Positions 29,935 through 40,150 of a stretch of 64,000 nt of DNA are shown here, in pieces. Position 1 is the first letter of the stretch, and every line of letters begins with the position of its first letter. Below the pieces are notes generated by a model. The model was not told where the DNA came from, made no database searches, and saw nothing but the letters and a program-made list of their open reading frames with translations. Source of the stretch: Escherichia phage FL08; the sequence record PP400785. One strand, given 5' to 3'. The position numbers and the translations under genes are program-made.

Positions 29935-32198
29935 TACAATTTACATGCTGCGCAATCATCGGCTTTTGGAGTTTCTATTTCATAATCATCAGTACCAGAA
30001 CCATCGCGGGTATTATGATAATAGAAATTTTTTCCGCCAAAATACCAAAAATACAAAAGGTCATCAATCATTATTGACATTGGAACCTTGCCTTTAGGGA
30101 AGATTTGGGGGTCATAGTATGTATTCGCCGAAGCTGATTGACAAACCCATTTCAGCATAATAGCTACCTGCGTAAGATAAGGTTTATTACCTTTCTTAGC
30201 TAATTTCCATGTATAGTCGTAAAGGTCTATGTTATGCTCAATATTGGGCACGACCTGATTAAAGGAGCCCTCTTTTGATTCTTTAACAGAGACTGGTCCA
30301 CGTGGAGGCTCGATACCGTTTGTACTGTTAGAAACTTGGGAAGATGACTCACATGGCATAAGTGCTGATAATGTGCTATTACGGATGCCAAAGAGCTTAA
30401 GGTCTTCCCGCAGCGACGACCAGTCACAAACGTATTTTGGAGCTGCGATTTGGTCAATCTTTTTATTGTACCAGTCGATAGGTAATTCGCCTCGAGACCA
30501 ACGAGTGTCTGAATAATATTCGCAAGGTCCTTTTTCTTTGGCGAGCTTAATGGATGCTTTAATGAGTCCATACTGTAATCTCTCAAATAGTTCATGTGTT
30601 AAATCGTTAGCATCTTCATAAGAAGCAAAGTTACTTGCCAGCCAAGCTGCATAGTTGGTAACACCTACGCCAAGGTTTCGACGCTTTTTAGCTTTTTCTG
30701 CTTCAGGAACTGGATATCCTTGATAATCCAAAAGATTATCAAGAGCACGAACTTGAACTTCTGCCAATTCATTAATTTTATCTTGGTCTTGCCAGTCAAA
30801 ATTATCTAGTACGAATGCAGAGAGAGTACACAATCCAATTTCAGCATCAGGACTGTTCACATCATTTGTTGGAATAGCAATTTCACAGCACAAGTTACTC
30901 TGACGAATAGGTGCCTTTTCACGAATAAACGGAGTATAGTTATTCGTATTATCAATGAACTGCACATAAATCCTTGCTGTTCCTGAACGTTCAGTCATGA
31001 GCAATTCAAATAGTTCACGGGCTTTAATACGCTTTTTACGAATATTAGGGTCTTTTTCTGCTGCTTCGTATAATTCACGGAAACGGTCTTGGTCTTTAAA
31101 ATAAGAATAATAAAGCTCGCCACCCATTTCATGCGGACTGAACAAAGTAATGTAATCGTTCTTTCCGAATCGTTCCATCATCAAATCATTCAGCTGAACA
31201 CCATAATCCATATGACGAATGCGGTTTTCTTCTACGCCTTTGTTATTTTTCAAAACGAGAAGATTTTCAACTTCCAAATGCCAAATAGGATAATAAGCAG
31301 TAGCAGCGCCGCCACGAATTCCACCCTGTGAGCATGATTTAACTGCAGTCTGAAAATGTTTCCAAAAAGGAATAACACCAGTATGACGTACTTCACCCAT
31401 GCCAATCTTAGAACCTTCGGCACGAATCATACCAACATTAATACCAATTCCAGCGCGTTTAGAGATATATTCAACAATTGAAGCGGAAGCCTTATTGATA
31501 GACTTCAATGAATCACCTGCCTCAATAACAACACATGAACTAAACTGTCGAGTCGGAGTACGACAACCAGCCATAATAGGAGTTGGCAATGAAATCTGTC
31601 GAGTAGATACTGCTTCATAAAAACGGATAACATGTTTTAATCTATCAACAGATTCATCTTGATGCAGTGCCATTCCAATAGTCATAAATGCAAACTGCGG
31701 AGTTTCATAAATTTGACCGGTGGTTTTATCTTTGACTAGATATTTTTCTTTTAATTGCATCGCTCCGGAATAAGTAAATTCCATATCCCGCTCGTGCTTA
31801 ATTTTTGATTCTAAAAATGTAATTTCTTCCGCAGAATATTTTGACAATAATTCAGGGTCATATTTCCCTTCATTTACGCAATAAGAAATATGGTCAATAA
31901 ATGAACGCGGTTCATACTGCCCGTAAACATGCTTACGAAGAGCAAACATTAAACAGCGTGCAGCTACATATTGATAATCAGGCTCTTCAACCGAAATAGA
32001 ATTCGCAGCAGCCTTAATGACAATAGTCTGAATATCATCAGTTGTCATTCCATCACGGAGATAAGATTTAATATTTTCATATAATTCATAAGGATCTACT
32101 GATGTTCCTTCAGCTGCCCAAGATAAAACTTTAATAATTTTTTGTGGGTCGAAGCTCTGAGAAACACCACTACTTTTGATAACATTAATTAATTGCAT
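29934..32198 (-). CDS. nrdA: Ribonucleotide reductase large subunit (class Ia)
   Basis: 754 aa; ATP-cone N-terminus, active-site Cys region; T4 NrdA length. Confidence 0.95.
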   Translation of the reverse strand: MQLINVIKSSGVSQSFDPQKIIKVLSWAAEGTSVDPYELYENIKSYLRDGMTTDDIQTIVIKAAANSISVEEPDYQYVAARCLMFALRKHVYGQYEPRSFIDHISYCVNEGKYDPELLSKYSAEEITFLESKIKHERDMEFTYSGAMQLKEKYLVKDKTTGQIYETPQFAFMTIGMALHQDESVDRLKHVIRFYEAVSTRQISLPTPIMAGCRTPTRQFSSCVVIEAGDSLKSINKASASIVEYISKRAGIGINVGMIRAEGSKIGMGEVRHTGVIPFWKHFQTAVKSCSQGGIRGGAATAYYPIWHLEVENLLVLKNNKGVEENRIRHMDYGVQLNDLMMERFGKNDYITLFSPHEMGGELYYSYFKDQDRFRELYEAAEKDPNIRKKRIKARELFELLMTERSGTARIYVQFIDNTNNYTPFIREKAPIRQSNLCCEIAIPTNDVNSPDAEIGLCTLSAFVLDNFDWQDQDKINELAEVQVRALDNLLDYQGYPVPEAEKAKKRRNLGVGVTNYAAWLASNFASYEDANDLTHELFERLQYGLIKASIKLAKEKGPCEYYSDTRWSRGELPIDWYNKKIDQIAAPKYVCDWSSLREDLKLFGIRNSTLSALMPCESSSQVSNSTNGIEPPRGPVSVKESKEGSFNQVVPNIEHNIDLYDYTWKLAKKGNKPYLTQVAIMLKWVCQSASANTYYDPQIFPKGKVPMSIMIDDLLYFWYFGGKNFYYHNTRDGSGTDDYEIETPKADDCAACKL

Positions 32199-32515
32199 AA
32201 GTCCTCAACTTGAAAATCGTCTTTAAACACTCGGTTAACTATATGAGCTATTATATCACCATGACACGGCTTTGGTTTACATGTGCATCCTAGCCTCATT
32301 CCACGTAAAGGCTCTAAATGTGCTTTAGTTATTTCTCCGGATTTAATTCGACGTATAAAATCTTTTTTGAATAATTCAATGGCAGCCTCCCGGCTGCCAG
32401 CATCTTTACCGACGTAATTTCCCCAAAATGTACCGCGGTGAATATTAACATCAAAGTCGGATTTGTATTTATTCACTACCCGGCATAGACGGCCCACGCT
32501 GGAATAATTCGTCAT
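32189..32515 (-). CDS. Conserved hypothetical protein with CxC...CHGD motif (nrdA.1 position)
   Basis: 108 aa; Cys/His cluster [12 protein letters not shown] suggests metal binding. Confidence 0.6.
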
Positions 32516-32732
32516 ATTGTTTTTCCGTTAAAACAGTAATATCGTAGTAACAGTCAGAAGAAGTTTTAACTGTGGAAATTTTATTATCAAAATACTCACG
32601 AGTCATTTTATGAGTATAGTATTTTTTACCATAAATGGTAATAGGCTGTTCTGGTCCTGGAACTTCTAACTCGCTTGGGTTAGGAAGTGTAAAAAGAACA
32701 ACGCCAGAAGTATCTTTAAATCGTAAAATCAT
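32469..32732 (-). CDS. Hypothetical protein (nrdA.2 position)
   Basis: 87 aa; overlaps both neighbours. Confidence 0.55.
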
Positions 32733-33589
32733 ATTGCCATTTTCCCTTTAATTGCTGGATGCGATTCATAATTTTCAAGGATAAAATCTTTCGGTTTCAT
32801 GTATTCAGTTAACCAGTAAAGCTGTGTTTCGGTGTCACAATTTCCAAACTCTATAGGCCAATCAATTTTAAGTTCACATAGTTCTTTAGGCTCACGACGT
32901 AAAATTTCTTTACATTGCTCAGTATGATTCATATAGATGTGAGTATTACCACCAGAAAATATCAAATCTCCTGGGATAAGATTACACATCTTAGCCACAA
33001 TATGCGTCAAGGCAGCGTACGAGGCAATGTTGAATGGCAAGCCCAAGAAAACATCTACACTTCTTTGGTACCATTGTAAATCAAGATAACCATTACGCAC
33101 ATTAAACTGATAGAACATATGACAGGGCGGTAATGCCATTTGATTGATTTCAGCTGGATTCCATGCTGAAACGATTTGACGTCGATCAGTTGGTAATTTT
33201 TTAATACGATCAATAGTTTCAACTAATTGATCCACACCACCGAAATCACGCCATTGTTTACCGTATATAGGACCAAGTTCACCACTATGATATCCTAGGT
33301 CTTTAGCCTGGTTTTCATAGTTATCGTCCCAAATAGTTTTACCTTGAATAAGACTACCATGAGTGCGAAGACGTAAATCATTAACATTGGTAGAACCGGA
33401 AATAAACCATAAAAGCTCAGCAATGCATGCATTCCAGGCGAGCTTCTTAGTTGTTACTGCAGGAAAACCTTTAGTTAAATCCCAACGCAATTTAGTACCG
33501 AACAAAGCAATTGTTCCTGTGCCTGTTCGGTCATCGGTTTCATAACCATTTTCAAAAATGTCTTTAATTAAATCTTGGTATTGTTTCAT
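32729..33589 (-). CDS. td: Thymidylate synthase
   Basis: 286 aa contiguous; catalytic region LPPCH present; T4 Td length without intron. Confidence 0.95.
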
Positions 33590-33633
33590 TTAGTACCTTA
33601 TATAAATTATAATACATTTTATGAAGCTAATAA

Positions 33634-33993
33634 TTAATACGGTTTAGCATCAAATTTTCTCTCAATTTCAGGCGTGAAATATAATTCTTTACCGCGTTTG
33701 GAAAAGCGACCAATAATATGATAATTATTCTCATCAAACGTGATATTACCAATATCCATAGCTTTCAACCAAATATCGATATTTCTATCCAGCTTTATGT
33801 CAAAATTCCAATACGGAGAACTATTACCGAAAATACTGCAAGCGGATTCAGTGAAACAGCTACTATAAATCTTGTCTTTAGGAACTACTAATTGATAGAC
33901 ACCTTTAATAAACTGAGGACCCTGCCACTTTGGCTGTTTCGCGTCTTTTTCTAATAGAATAGGGTAATAATTAAAATTCATATTTTCCGCCAC
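33634..33993 (-). CDS. Hypothetical protein at frd-td junction
   Basis: 119 aa ORF separating frd and td. Confidence 0.6.
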   Translation of the reverse strand: MAENMNFNYYPILLEKDAKQPKWQGPQFIKGVYQLVVPKDKIYSSCFTESACSIFGNSSPYWNFDIKLDRNIDIWLKAMDIGNITFDENNYHIIGRFSKRGKELYFTPEIERKFDAKPY

Positions 33994-34001
33994 GCGTTAT
34001 T

Positions 34002-34828
<827 letters not shown>

Positions 34829-34839
34829 ATCATCTCCAA

Positions 34840-35172
34840 TTAAAAAGGATCAGGAACGTATCCGCTAGCTTTAATCATTTTAATTAACGTTAACATTCCT
34901 TTGTTAACTGCTCGTGAGATTTCATCAAAAGCTTCAGGATTAAAAAGTTCTAACACGCCCTTCTGAACTTTTAATTTACAGCCAACAATTTCTTCATCGC
35001 CTATAGTAAATTCATTACCACCAATTCCTCCGAAAAACTTAATTACACCAGTTAACTGTCTTCCACGAGAATATGGGTCGTGTGATAAATTAATATGAGT
35101 CACCCCGGGTACAGTTTTAAATTGGCAGCGAATGTTTACTTGGGAAATTCCAGTTACATGAATATCAGACAT
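34840..35172 (-). CDS. Hypothetical protein (frd.2 position)
   Basis: 110 aa. Confidence 0.6.
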   Translation of the reverse strand: MSDIHVTGISQVNIRCQFKTVPGVTHINLSHDPYSRGRQLTGVIKFFGGIGGNEFTIGDEEIVGCKLKVQKGVLELFNPEAFDEISRAVNKGMLTLIKMIKASGYVPDPF

Positions 35173-35182
35173 AATATTTTCC

Positions 35183-35425
35183 TCAAACAGACTTTTTCAC
35201 AATTTTCCAATCAGCTTTAAACTGTTCAACGTCAGAATGGTAAATCCAGAATCCTGCGCTTTCTCCGTCTTCATAAAGAGGACATCCATCGCATTCATCT
35301 TCCCATCCCATATCACGTAAAAGATGTTCAGCTTTTTCAACAAGTTCAGAATCTTTACCGATGATATTAAAATACCATTTACCTCTAACTTCCGAATCTT
35401 TGATGCTCTGACGTTGTAATCTCAT
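35183..35425 (-). CDS. Hypothetical protein (frd.3 position)
   Basis: 80 aa; GAGGAG SD; early promoter at 35452-35480. Confidence 0.6.
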   Translation of the reverse strand: MRLQRQSIKDSEVRGKWYFNIIGKDSELVEKAEHLLRDMGWEDECDGCPLYEDGESAGFWIYHSDVEQFKADWKIVKKSV

Positions 35426-35451
35426 TTTATTCTCCTCAAGTTGATAAGGCT

Positions 35452-35480
35452 ATAGTATCATTACCATAGCCCGTTGTAAA
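35452..35480 (-). promoter_or_regulatory. Early promoter (TTTACA-N17-TACTAT) with inverted repeat GGCTAT/ATAGCC
   Basis: Upstream of ORF starting at 35425. Confidence 0.55.
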
Positions 35481-35867
35481 CTACTTTTTGAAAGTTTTTC
35501 GCAAAAGTTCAATGATTTCATCTACATTGTTTTCGTCAACAATGCAGTGAATTTTTGTTACGCCAGAAACTATACCTTCATTAGCGGATTGAGGCTTTTC
35601 TAAAGTTACCTCAGTAAAGTATTTGAATTCTTCAGAGTAAATCTCAAAATACGTCTCAAGTGGGCCACCCGCCATGTATTCAGTGCCATCTTCCATAGTT
35701 ACACGTACCACACATTCACCAGCACAATCATCACTTTCCATTTCATCTACAACAAAACTAGGTCCGTGCTTCTCTATTAAATTTAGCATCATCACATTGC
35801 AACGGCACTCGTTAGCAAAGTCATTTTTAAATAAAGGGTTAATGATATAAGTTTTTCCAACTTCCAT
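35481..35867 (-). CDS. Hypothetical protein
   Basis: 128 aa. Confidence 0.55.
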   Translation of the reverse strand: MEVGKTYIINPLFKNDFANECRCNVMMLNLIEKHGPSFVVDEMESDDCAGECVVRVTMEDGTEYMAGGPLETYFEIYSEEFKYFTEVTLEKPQSANEGIVSGVTKIHCIVDENNVDEIIELLRKTFKK

Positions 35868-35913
35868 TTTGATTTCCTCATTTTAACGGGGCTATCAAAT
35901 AGCCCCTTGATAA

Positions 35914-36144
35914 TTATTGCTCAATCAGTCCCATGTAAAATTCTGCGTCTTCAGAATCCATGCCATCACAATATTCATTAGCCATAAAGCGGGTAAGGTC
36001 TTCAAGAGGACCTTCAATGACAATAGAAAAATTGCAATAATTGGGATCATCATGAATACTTGTGATACTAAGTTCAGGATAACGATTACGAATAATCTCT
36101 TCAATATATTCAAAATCAACGATGTCAATATCAACTTTAGCCAT
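35914..36144 (-). CDS. Hypothetical acidic protein
   Basis: 76 aa from MAKVDIDIV; track ORF (118 aa) trimmed because the early promoter (36188-36216) and strong SD AAGAGGA precede the internal ATG. Confidence 0.55.
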   Translation of the reverse strand: MAKVDIDIVDFEYIEEIIRNRYPELSITSIHDDPNYCNFSIVIEGPLEDLTRFMANEYCDGMDSEDAEFYMGLIEQ

Positions 36145-36187
36145 ATTATTTTCCTCTTTAATCATCAGCAGTATTGCCGATAGTTGT

Positions 36188-36216
36188 ATAGTACCATGGA
36201 AGGACAAGAATGTAAA
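36188..36216 (-). promoter_or_regulatory. Early promoter (TTTACA-N17-TACTAT) downstream of gene 32 terminator
   Basis: A/T-rich upstream element AAAAAATTTTT precedes -35. Confidence 0.6.
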
Positions 36217-36241
36217 CCGTTTTGTGAAAAAAATTTTTGAA

Positions 36242-36268
36242 ATAAAAAAGGGGACCTCTAGGGTCCCC
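36242..36268 (-). terminator. Intrinsic terminator after gene 32
   Basis: GGGGACC-CTAGA-GGTCCCC followed by TTTTTTATTT on minus strand. Confidence 0.75.
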
Positions 36269-36290
36269 AATTAATTAGTAATATAATCTA

Positions 36291-37196
36291 TTAAAGGTCA
36301 TTCAAAAGGTCATCTAGGTCCGTGTCATCAGCACTAGATGAACTGCCAGAGCTTGAGCTCATAAAATCATCTTCAGTTTTTGTATTGAAGTCATCAACAT
36401 TGAATGCATCCAAATCATCAGCAACTTTATCAGCTTTCTTAGCAGCAGTTGCAGCAGCACCGCCCATCACAGCAGTTCCCATAACTTGACCGAATTTAGT
36501 GCTCAGTTCTTCAAACGATTTGAATTTATCTTTAGAAGTCATTTCAGAAAGGTCAACCATTTGTTCGAACAGTTCTTTCTGGAAAGATTCATCGTCAATG
36601 TTTGGAATCGCAGATTGATTCAGGAATTTAGATTCGTCGTAGTTACTAAATCCAGAAACCTGTTTAACTTTCAGTACAAAGTTAGCACCTTCCCACGGAC
36701 AAGTTACATCAACCGGAGTTTCACCCATTTCAACATCAACCGCAATCATCGCGTTGATTTTATCCCAGATTTTCTTACCGAAACGATATTTAAATACTTT
36801 ACCTTCGTTTTCTGGAGCAGCTGGGTCTTTTACAACAAGAATATTAGCCCAGTAAGAAGTTTTACGTTTAACAAGACTGTACTCTTTATTGTCAGTGTTG
36901 TACAGATCATTTTTACTGATGTACTGACATACTGGACAAGAATCGTAATCACCATGGGTAGATGAACATGTTTCAATATACCATTTACCATTTTTCTTGA
37001 AACCGTGATTTACAAGAATTGCGAATGGTGCTTGTTCATCATTTTTAGACGGAAGAAAACGAATTACTGCTTGACCGTTACCCGCATTATCGAGTTTCAG
37101 TTTCCACTCGCCTTTATCTTCAGAAGAAAAACCTTTATTGCCATTCAGTTTAGCCATTTGTGCAGCAAGTTCAGCAGTAGATTTACGTTTAAACAT
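36291..37196 (-). CDS. 32: Single-stranded DNA-binding protein gp32
   Basis: 301 aa; sequence matches T4 gp32 incl. acidic Ser/Asp-rich C-terminus; AT-rich translational operator upstream; terminator downstream. Confidence 0.96.
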
Positions 37197-37245
37197 TTTA
37201 TTTCCTTTTTAATTTAATTTAATTAACAGTTGGTGCTATGACACT
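37197..37245 (-). promoter_or_regulatory. Gene 32 autoregulatory translational operator (AT-rich leader)
   Basis: Leader reads UUAAUUAAAUUAAAUUAAAAAGGAAAUAAA-AUG, the unstructured repeat that gp32 coats cooperatively in T4. Confidence 0.7.
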
Positions 37246-37250
37246 TTACC

Positions 37251-37883
37251 TCATAGCTGGCATAATTCGCAATACTCTGGGTCTTCGAGAGGTATCCAAC
37301 CTGAGTTGAAATACTTTACCATCGATTTAGCAGTTGTATCAGTTATATTTATATTACCTTTAACTCTTCGCCATCCAGGAGTTTTACCGTACAGATTAGA
37401 GGATAATAATAACACATAATTCTCGTAAGCAATATGAGATAATTTCCAAGACTCTATATTAGCTCGTGATGTTTTCCAAGGTCTAAAATCGTCACGGTTC
37501 ATATAATTAGCCAATCTCATATGCTCTCTAACTTCCGGGTCTTTGGCTGGATGAGTTTCACCACTCACACCAAATCCACCACCAGCATATACCAGATTAA
37601 AATAGTCTGGATTATCTCTGGCATTTACTTCAAGTTGGTATTTTCGTTCTGCTTCAATAACATCCAAGTCATCATCAATTTGAATTATTTTAACGCTCGG
37701 TTTTTGAAGCATTAGCGCATTCAAAAATCTTTTTTGTTTACATGAGCTCCAGTATTCCTTTCCGGAAGAGTCATATATTATTCCGTTCTCAAATGAGCAA
37801 TTTAATTTACTACCGATATAATAGTATGGCGGAGTCTTATTTTTGACACGGTCTTCAAATGTAAACCAATATACTATATTCAT
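37251..37883 (-). CDS. segG: GIY-YIG homing endonuclease SegG-like
   Basis: 210 aa; GIY-YIG-like N-terminus IVYWFTF...YYYIGSK; located between genes 32 and 59 as T4 segG. Confidence 0.75.
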   Translation of the reverse strand: MNIVYWFTFEDRVKNKTPPYYYIGSKLNCSFENGIIYDSSGKEYWSSCKQKRFLNALMLQKPSVKIIQIDDDLDVIEAERKYQLEVNARDNPDYFNLVYAGGGFGVSGETHPAKDPEVREHMRLANYMNRDDFRPWKTSRANIESWKLSHIAYENYVLLLSSNLYGKTPGWRRVKGNINITDTTAKSMVKYFNSGWIPLEDPEYCELCQL

Positions 37884-37884
37884 A

Positions 37885-38538
37885 TCAATACTTGCAAGAT
37901 TTCACAGTTTCAATGAAAACACTTTTAGCTTTCTGTGAATCAATATTTAAAATTTTTCTATAAGCCTTTAACTTTATAGAATAATTGTTCCAAACTAAAT
38001 TATCAGTTTGTTCATCATGTTTATCAATTATATTTAAAAACGAATCAAGCAAGATAAACGTCTCAAACGAAATTATGTTCGATTGCAGAAGTTTAAAAAT
38101 ATAACTTGACTGAACCTTTGGATTATATTCAAAGATTTCTTTAAAAGCAGAAACTTCAACTTTTTTACTAAAATAATAAATGTTGCGAATATCTTCTTCA
38201 AACTTAAATTTAATTTGCTTTAAGCGTCCGATATATTCACGATAAAACACAAGTGCATCAGCGTCAGAGATGTCACCAATCCAAGCATCTTGGTTAGCAA
38301 CCAAATTGCTTATAAAGATTAAAGCAAGTTCCTTTAATTTATATTTTTCTGATAACTTCTGGAAAAAATACTTATCCCTTCGCTTTTGATAAGCGGCATC
38401 AGACACCCGCATGCACCAATTATACTTAATAACATCATACTTTCCATTCATATGCTGTTTTATCATTAAGTATAATTTATAAACTGATTTACCATCAATG
38501 TATCTTTCACCACCAGCAGGCATGCGGAGTTTAATCAT
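37885..38538 (-). CDS. 59: Helicase loader gp59
   Basis: 217 aa; matches T4 gp59 length and sequence. Confidence 0.92.
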   Translation of the reverse strand: MIKLRMPAGGERYIDGKSVYKLYLMIKQHMNGKYDVIKYNWCMRVSDAAYQKRRDKYFFQKLSEKYKLKELALIFISNLVANQDAWIGDISDADALVFYREYIGRLKQIKFKFEEDIRNIYYFSKKVEVSAFKEIFEYNPKVQSSYIFKLLQSNIISFETFILLDSFLNIIDKHDEQTDNLVWNNYSIKLKAYRKILNIDSQKAKSVFIETVKSCKY

Positions 38539-38873
38539 AGCAGAAAATCTAATGTATTAGTTTTTTCACAACGAACAACAGAAGGACGTAAAAGATTTTC
38601 GTCAATAGCTTCTGACTGAATTTTTTCAATTATACCCGAAGGAATAAATTTAGCAAATTGAGTTTCAGGAATAGAGTTTTCTTCCAAGAATGCTGTCGTA
38701 GCTTCAAGATAACTCATTCCAAACTCTTCTACCATTTTTTCAATAATAAATCCATTTTCTTGACGATCAAGAAGCTTTGCTATTTCATCCTTTTCTTTTT
38801 TGATTGAAAGTTCTTTTTCTGAAAGACCGGTCTCATCGACCGGACGAATATCATTTAGAGAAAACTGTGTCAT
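38535..38873 (-). CDS. 33: Late transcription co-activator gp33
   Basis: 112 aa from MTQFSLNDIRPVDETG (track ORF begins at an upstream TTG). Confidence 0.88.
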   Translation of the reverse strand: MTQFSLNDIRPVDETGLSEKELSIKKEKDEIAKLLDRQENGFIIEKMVEEFGMSYLEATTAFLEENSIPETQFAKFIPSGIIEKIQSEAIDENLLRPSVVRCEKTNTLDFLL

Positions 38874-39120
38874 AAAGTTCAACTACCTCTTCAGTTTCAG
38901 CTTCAAACACATCACGGTTATCTTTATGATACAAAGCTAACAGACGATTAAACATCTTGCCATCAACACCAAGTTCATCTTTGGCACGAATTCGAATATC
39001 TTTAATCAGTTCATTATAACCGGAAATTTTCAGTTTATGATCAGATGCTTCTTTAATAAATTTAGCCAAGTCTTCGCCATGGATAGCTTCATCAAATTCA
39101 ACCATTTCTTTTTTAGCCAT
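38851..39120 (-). CDS. dsbA: Double-stranded DNA-binding protein DsbA
   Basis: 89 aa; position between rnh and 33; T4 DsbA length. Confidence 0.85.
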   Translation of the reverse strand: MAKKEMVEFDEAIHGEDLAKFIKEASDHKLKISGYNELIKDIRIRAKDELGVDGKMFNRLLALYHKDNRDVFEAETEEVVELYDTVFSK

Positions 39121-39128
39121 TATTCACC

Positions 39129-40046
39129 TCAAAATTCATTAATGCTATTAGTTAATTTAGAAAGACCCGCTTTTACAAAATATGAATAAATTTTGCCACG
39201 CGGTGGTAATTTATATGAATTATAGTAATTCACAATGTTTGAAGCAATATTATCAGGAATATAATCAAAATCAATTAGAACTAAATTTTCTTTATAACGA
39301 TTATATTCAGATTCTGTGAGAAGCACCTTAGCTTGCTCACGGTCATTAGCAATAGCTTCAACGATTGAAGTTTTCATTGAAGGAGTTCGTTCACCTTCAA
39401 CTTTGGTAAACCAAAAGTCAGATCGTACTTTAACTGAAGCAACGTTATCCTTTTTGTCGCCTTTAAGGATTTTAGTCATGCAATCAATTTCAGCAGAACC
39501 GCTTTTAATTTTAACCCATTTCTTATGCATCGGTGACCATTGCTTAACATTTGGGTATTTGTGAAGCTGTGTAAAGTCACCATCCGATGAAATGATTAAA
39601 ATCTTATGTCCTTCTAAAGAGAACTTTTTAACAAGAACAGCAATATGGTCATCTGCTTCATACTTATCAATATCCATAACAATGTATGGCATATAAGCTT
39701 TCAATTCATCTATAACTTTATGGCTGGATTCAAAATAACCTTCCCAGTCCCAAGTAGATTCTTCTCGTGCTTTTCCACGGTTTTTCTTGTAATAATACGC
39801 AAAATCACGACGCCAGTATCCAGATTTCGCGTTATCAATACACAGTACAATTTTAGTGTATCCAAGCGTTTTTGCTTTTTTGACATTAAACTTAATTGAG
39901 TTCAATATCAAATGACGAACCATTGATAAATTAATTTTTTCTTTATCTGGGAAGTTTACCAAAGCAGTTGAAAGCGCAATTTGACTAAAGTCAATAAAGC
40001 AAATTCCTTCTTTGTAGTCTTCATCCAGCATCATTTCTAAATCCAT
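39129..40046 (-). CDS. rnh: RNase H (5'-3' exonuclease, FEN family)
   Basis: 305 aa from MDLEMMLDEDYKEG; acidic metal-binding residues typical of FEN-1 family. Confidence 0.92.
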   Translation of the reverse strand: MDLEMMLDEDYKEGICFIDFSQIALSTALVNFPDKEKINLSMVRHLILNSIKFNVKKAKTLGYTKIVLCIDNAKSGYWRRDFAYYYKKNRGKAREESTWDWEGYFESSHKVIDELKAYMPYIVMDIDKYEADDHIAVLVKKFSLEGHKILIISSDGDFTQLHKYPNVKQWSPMHKKWVKIKSGSAEIDCMTKILKGDKKDNVASVKVRSDFWFTKVEGERTPSMKTSIVEAIANDREQAKVLLTESEYNRYKENLVLIDFDYIPDNIASNIVNYYNSYKLPPRGKIYSYFVKAGLSKLTNSINEF

Positions 40047-40074
40047 ATGAACCTCGTTCAATTAGTGAGATTTC

Positions 40075-40104
40075 TATTATATACCATCCAAATCTTAAAG
40101 TAAA
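40075..40104 (-). promoter_or_regulatory. Early promoter candidate upstream of rnh (TTTACT-N18-TATAAT)
   Basis: Located in 34-rnh divergent intergenic region. Confidence 0.45.
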
Positions 40105-40108
40105 CAAG

Positions 40109-40116
40109 TATAAATA
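40109..40116 (+). promoter_or_regulatory. Late promoter TATAAATA upstream of gene 34
   Basis: Exact TATAAATA 35 nt upstream of gene 34 ATG. Confidence 0.7.
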
Positions 40117-40150
40117 CTTATTATTGAAAACACAATAGGAGCCCGGGAGA

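Noticed and set aside
36486-36965. 159-aa plus-strand ORF antisense to gene 32
   Set aside because: Antisense within a highly conserved gene; Phe/Arg-rich artefact of AT-rich antisense sequence.
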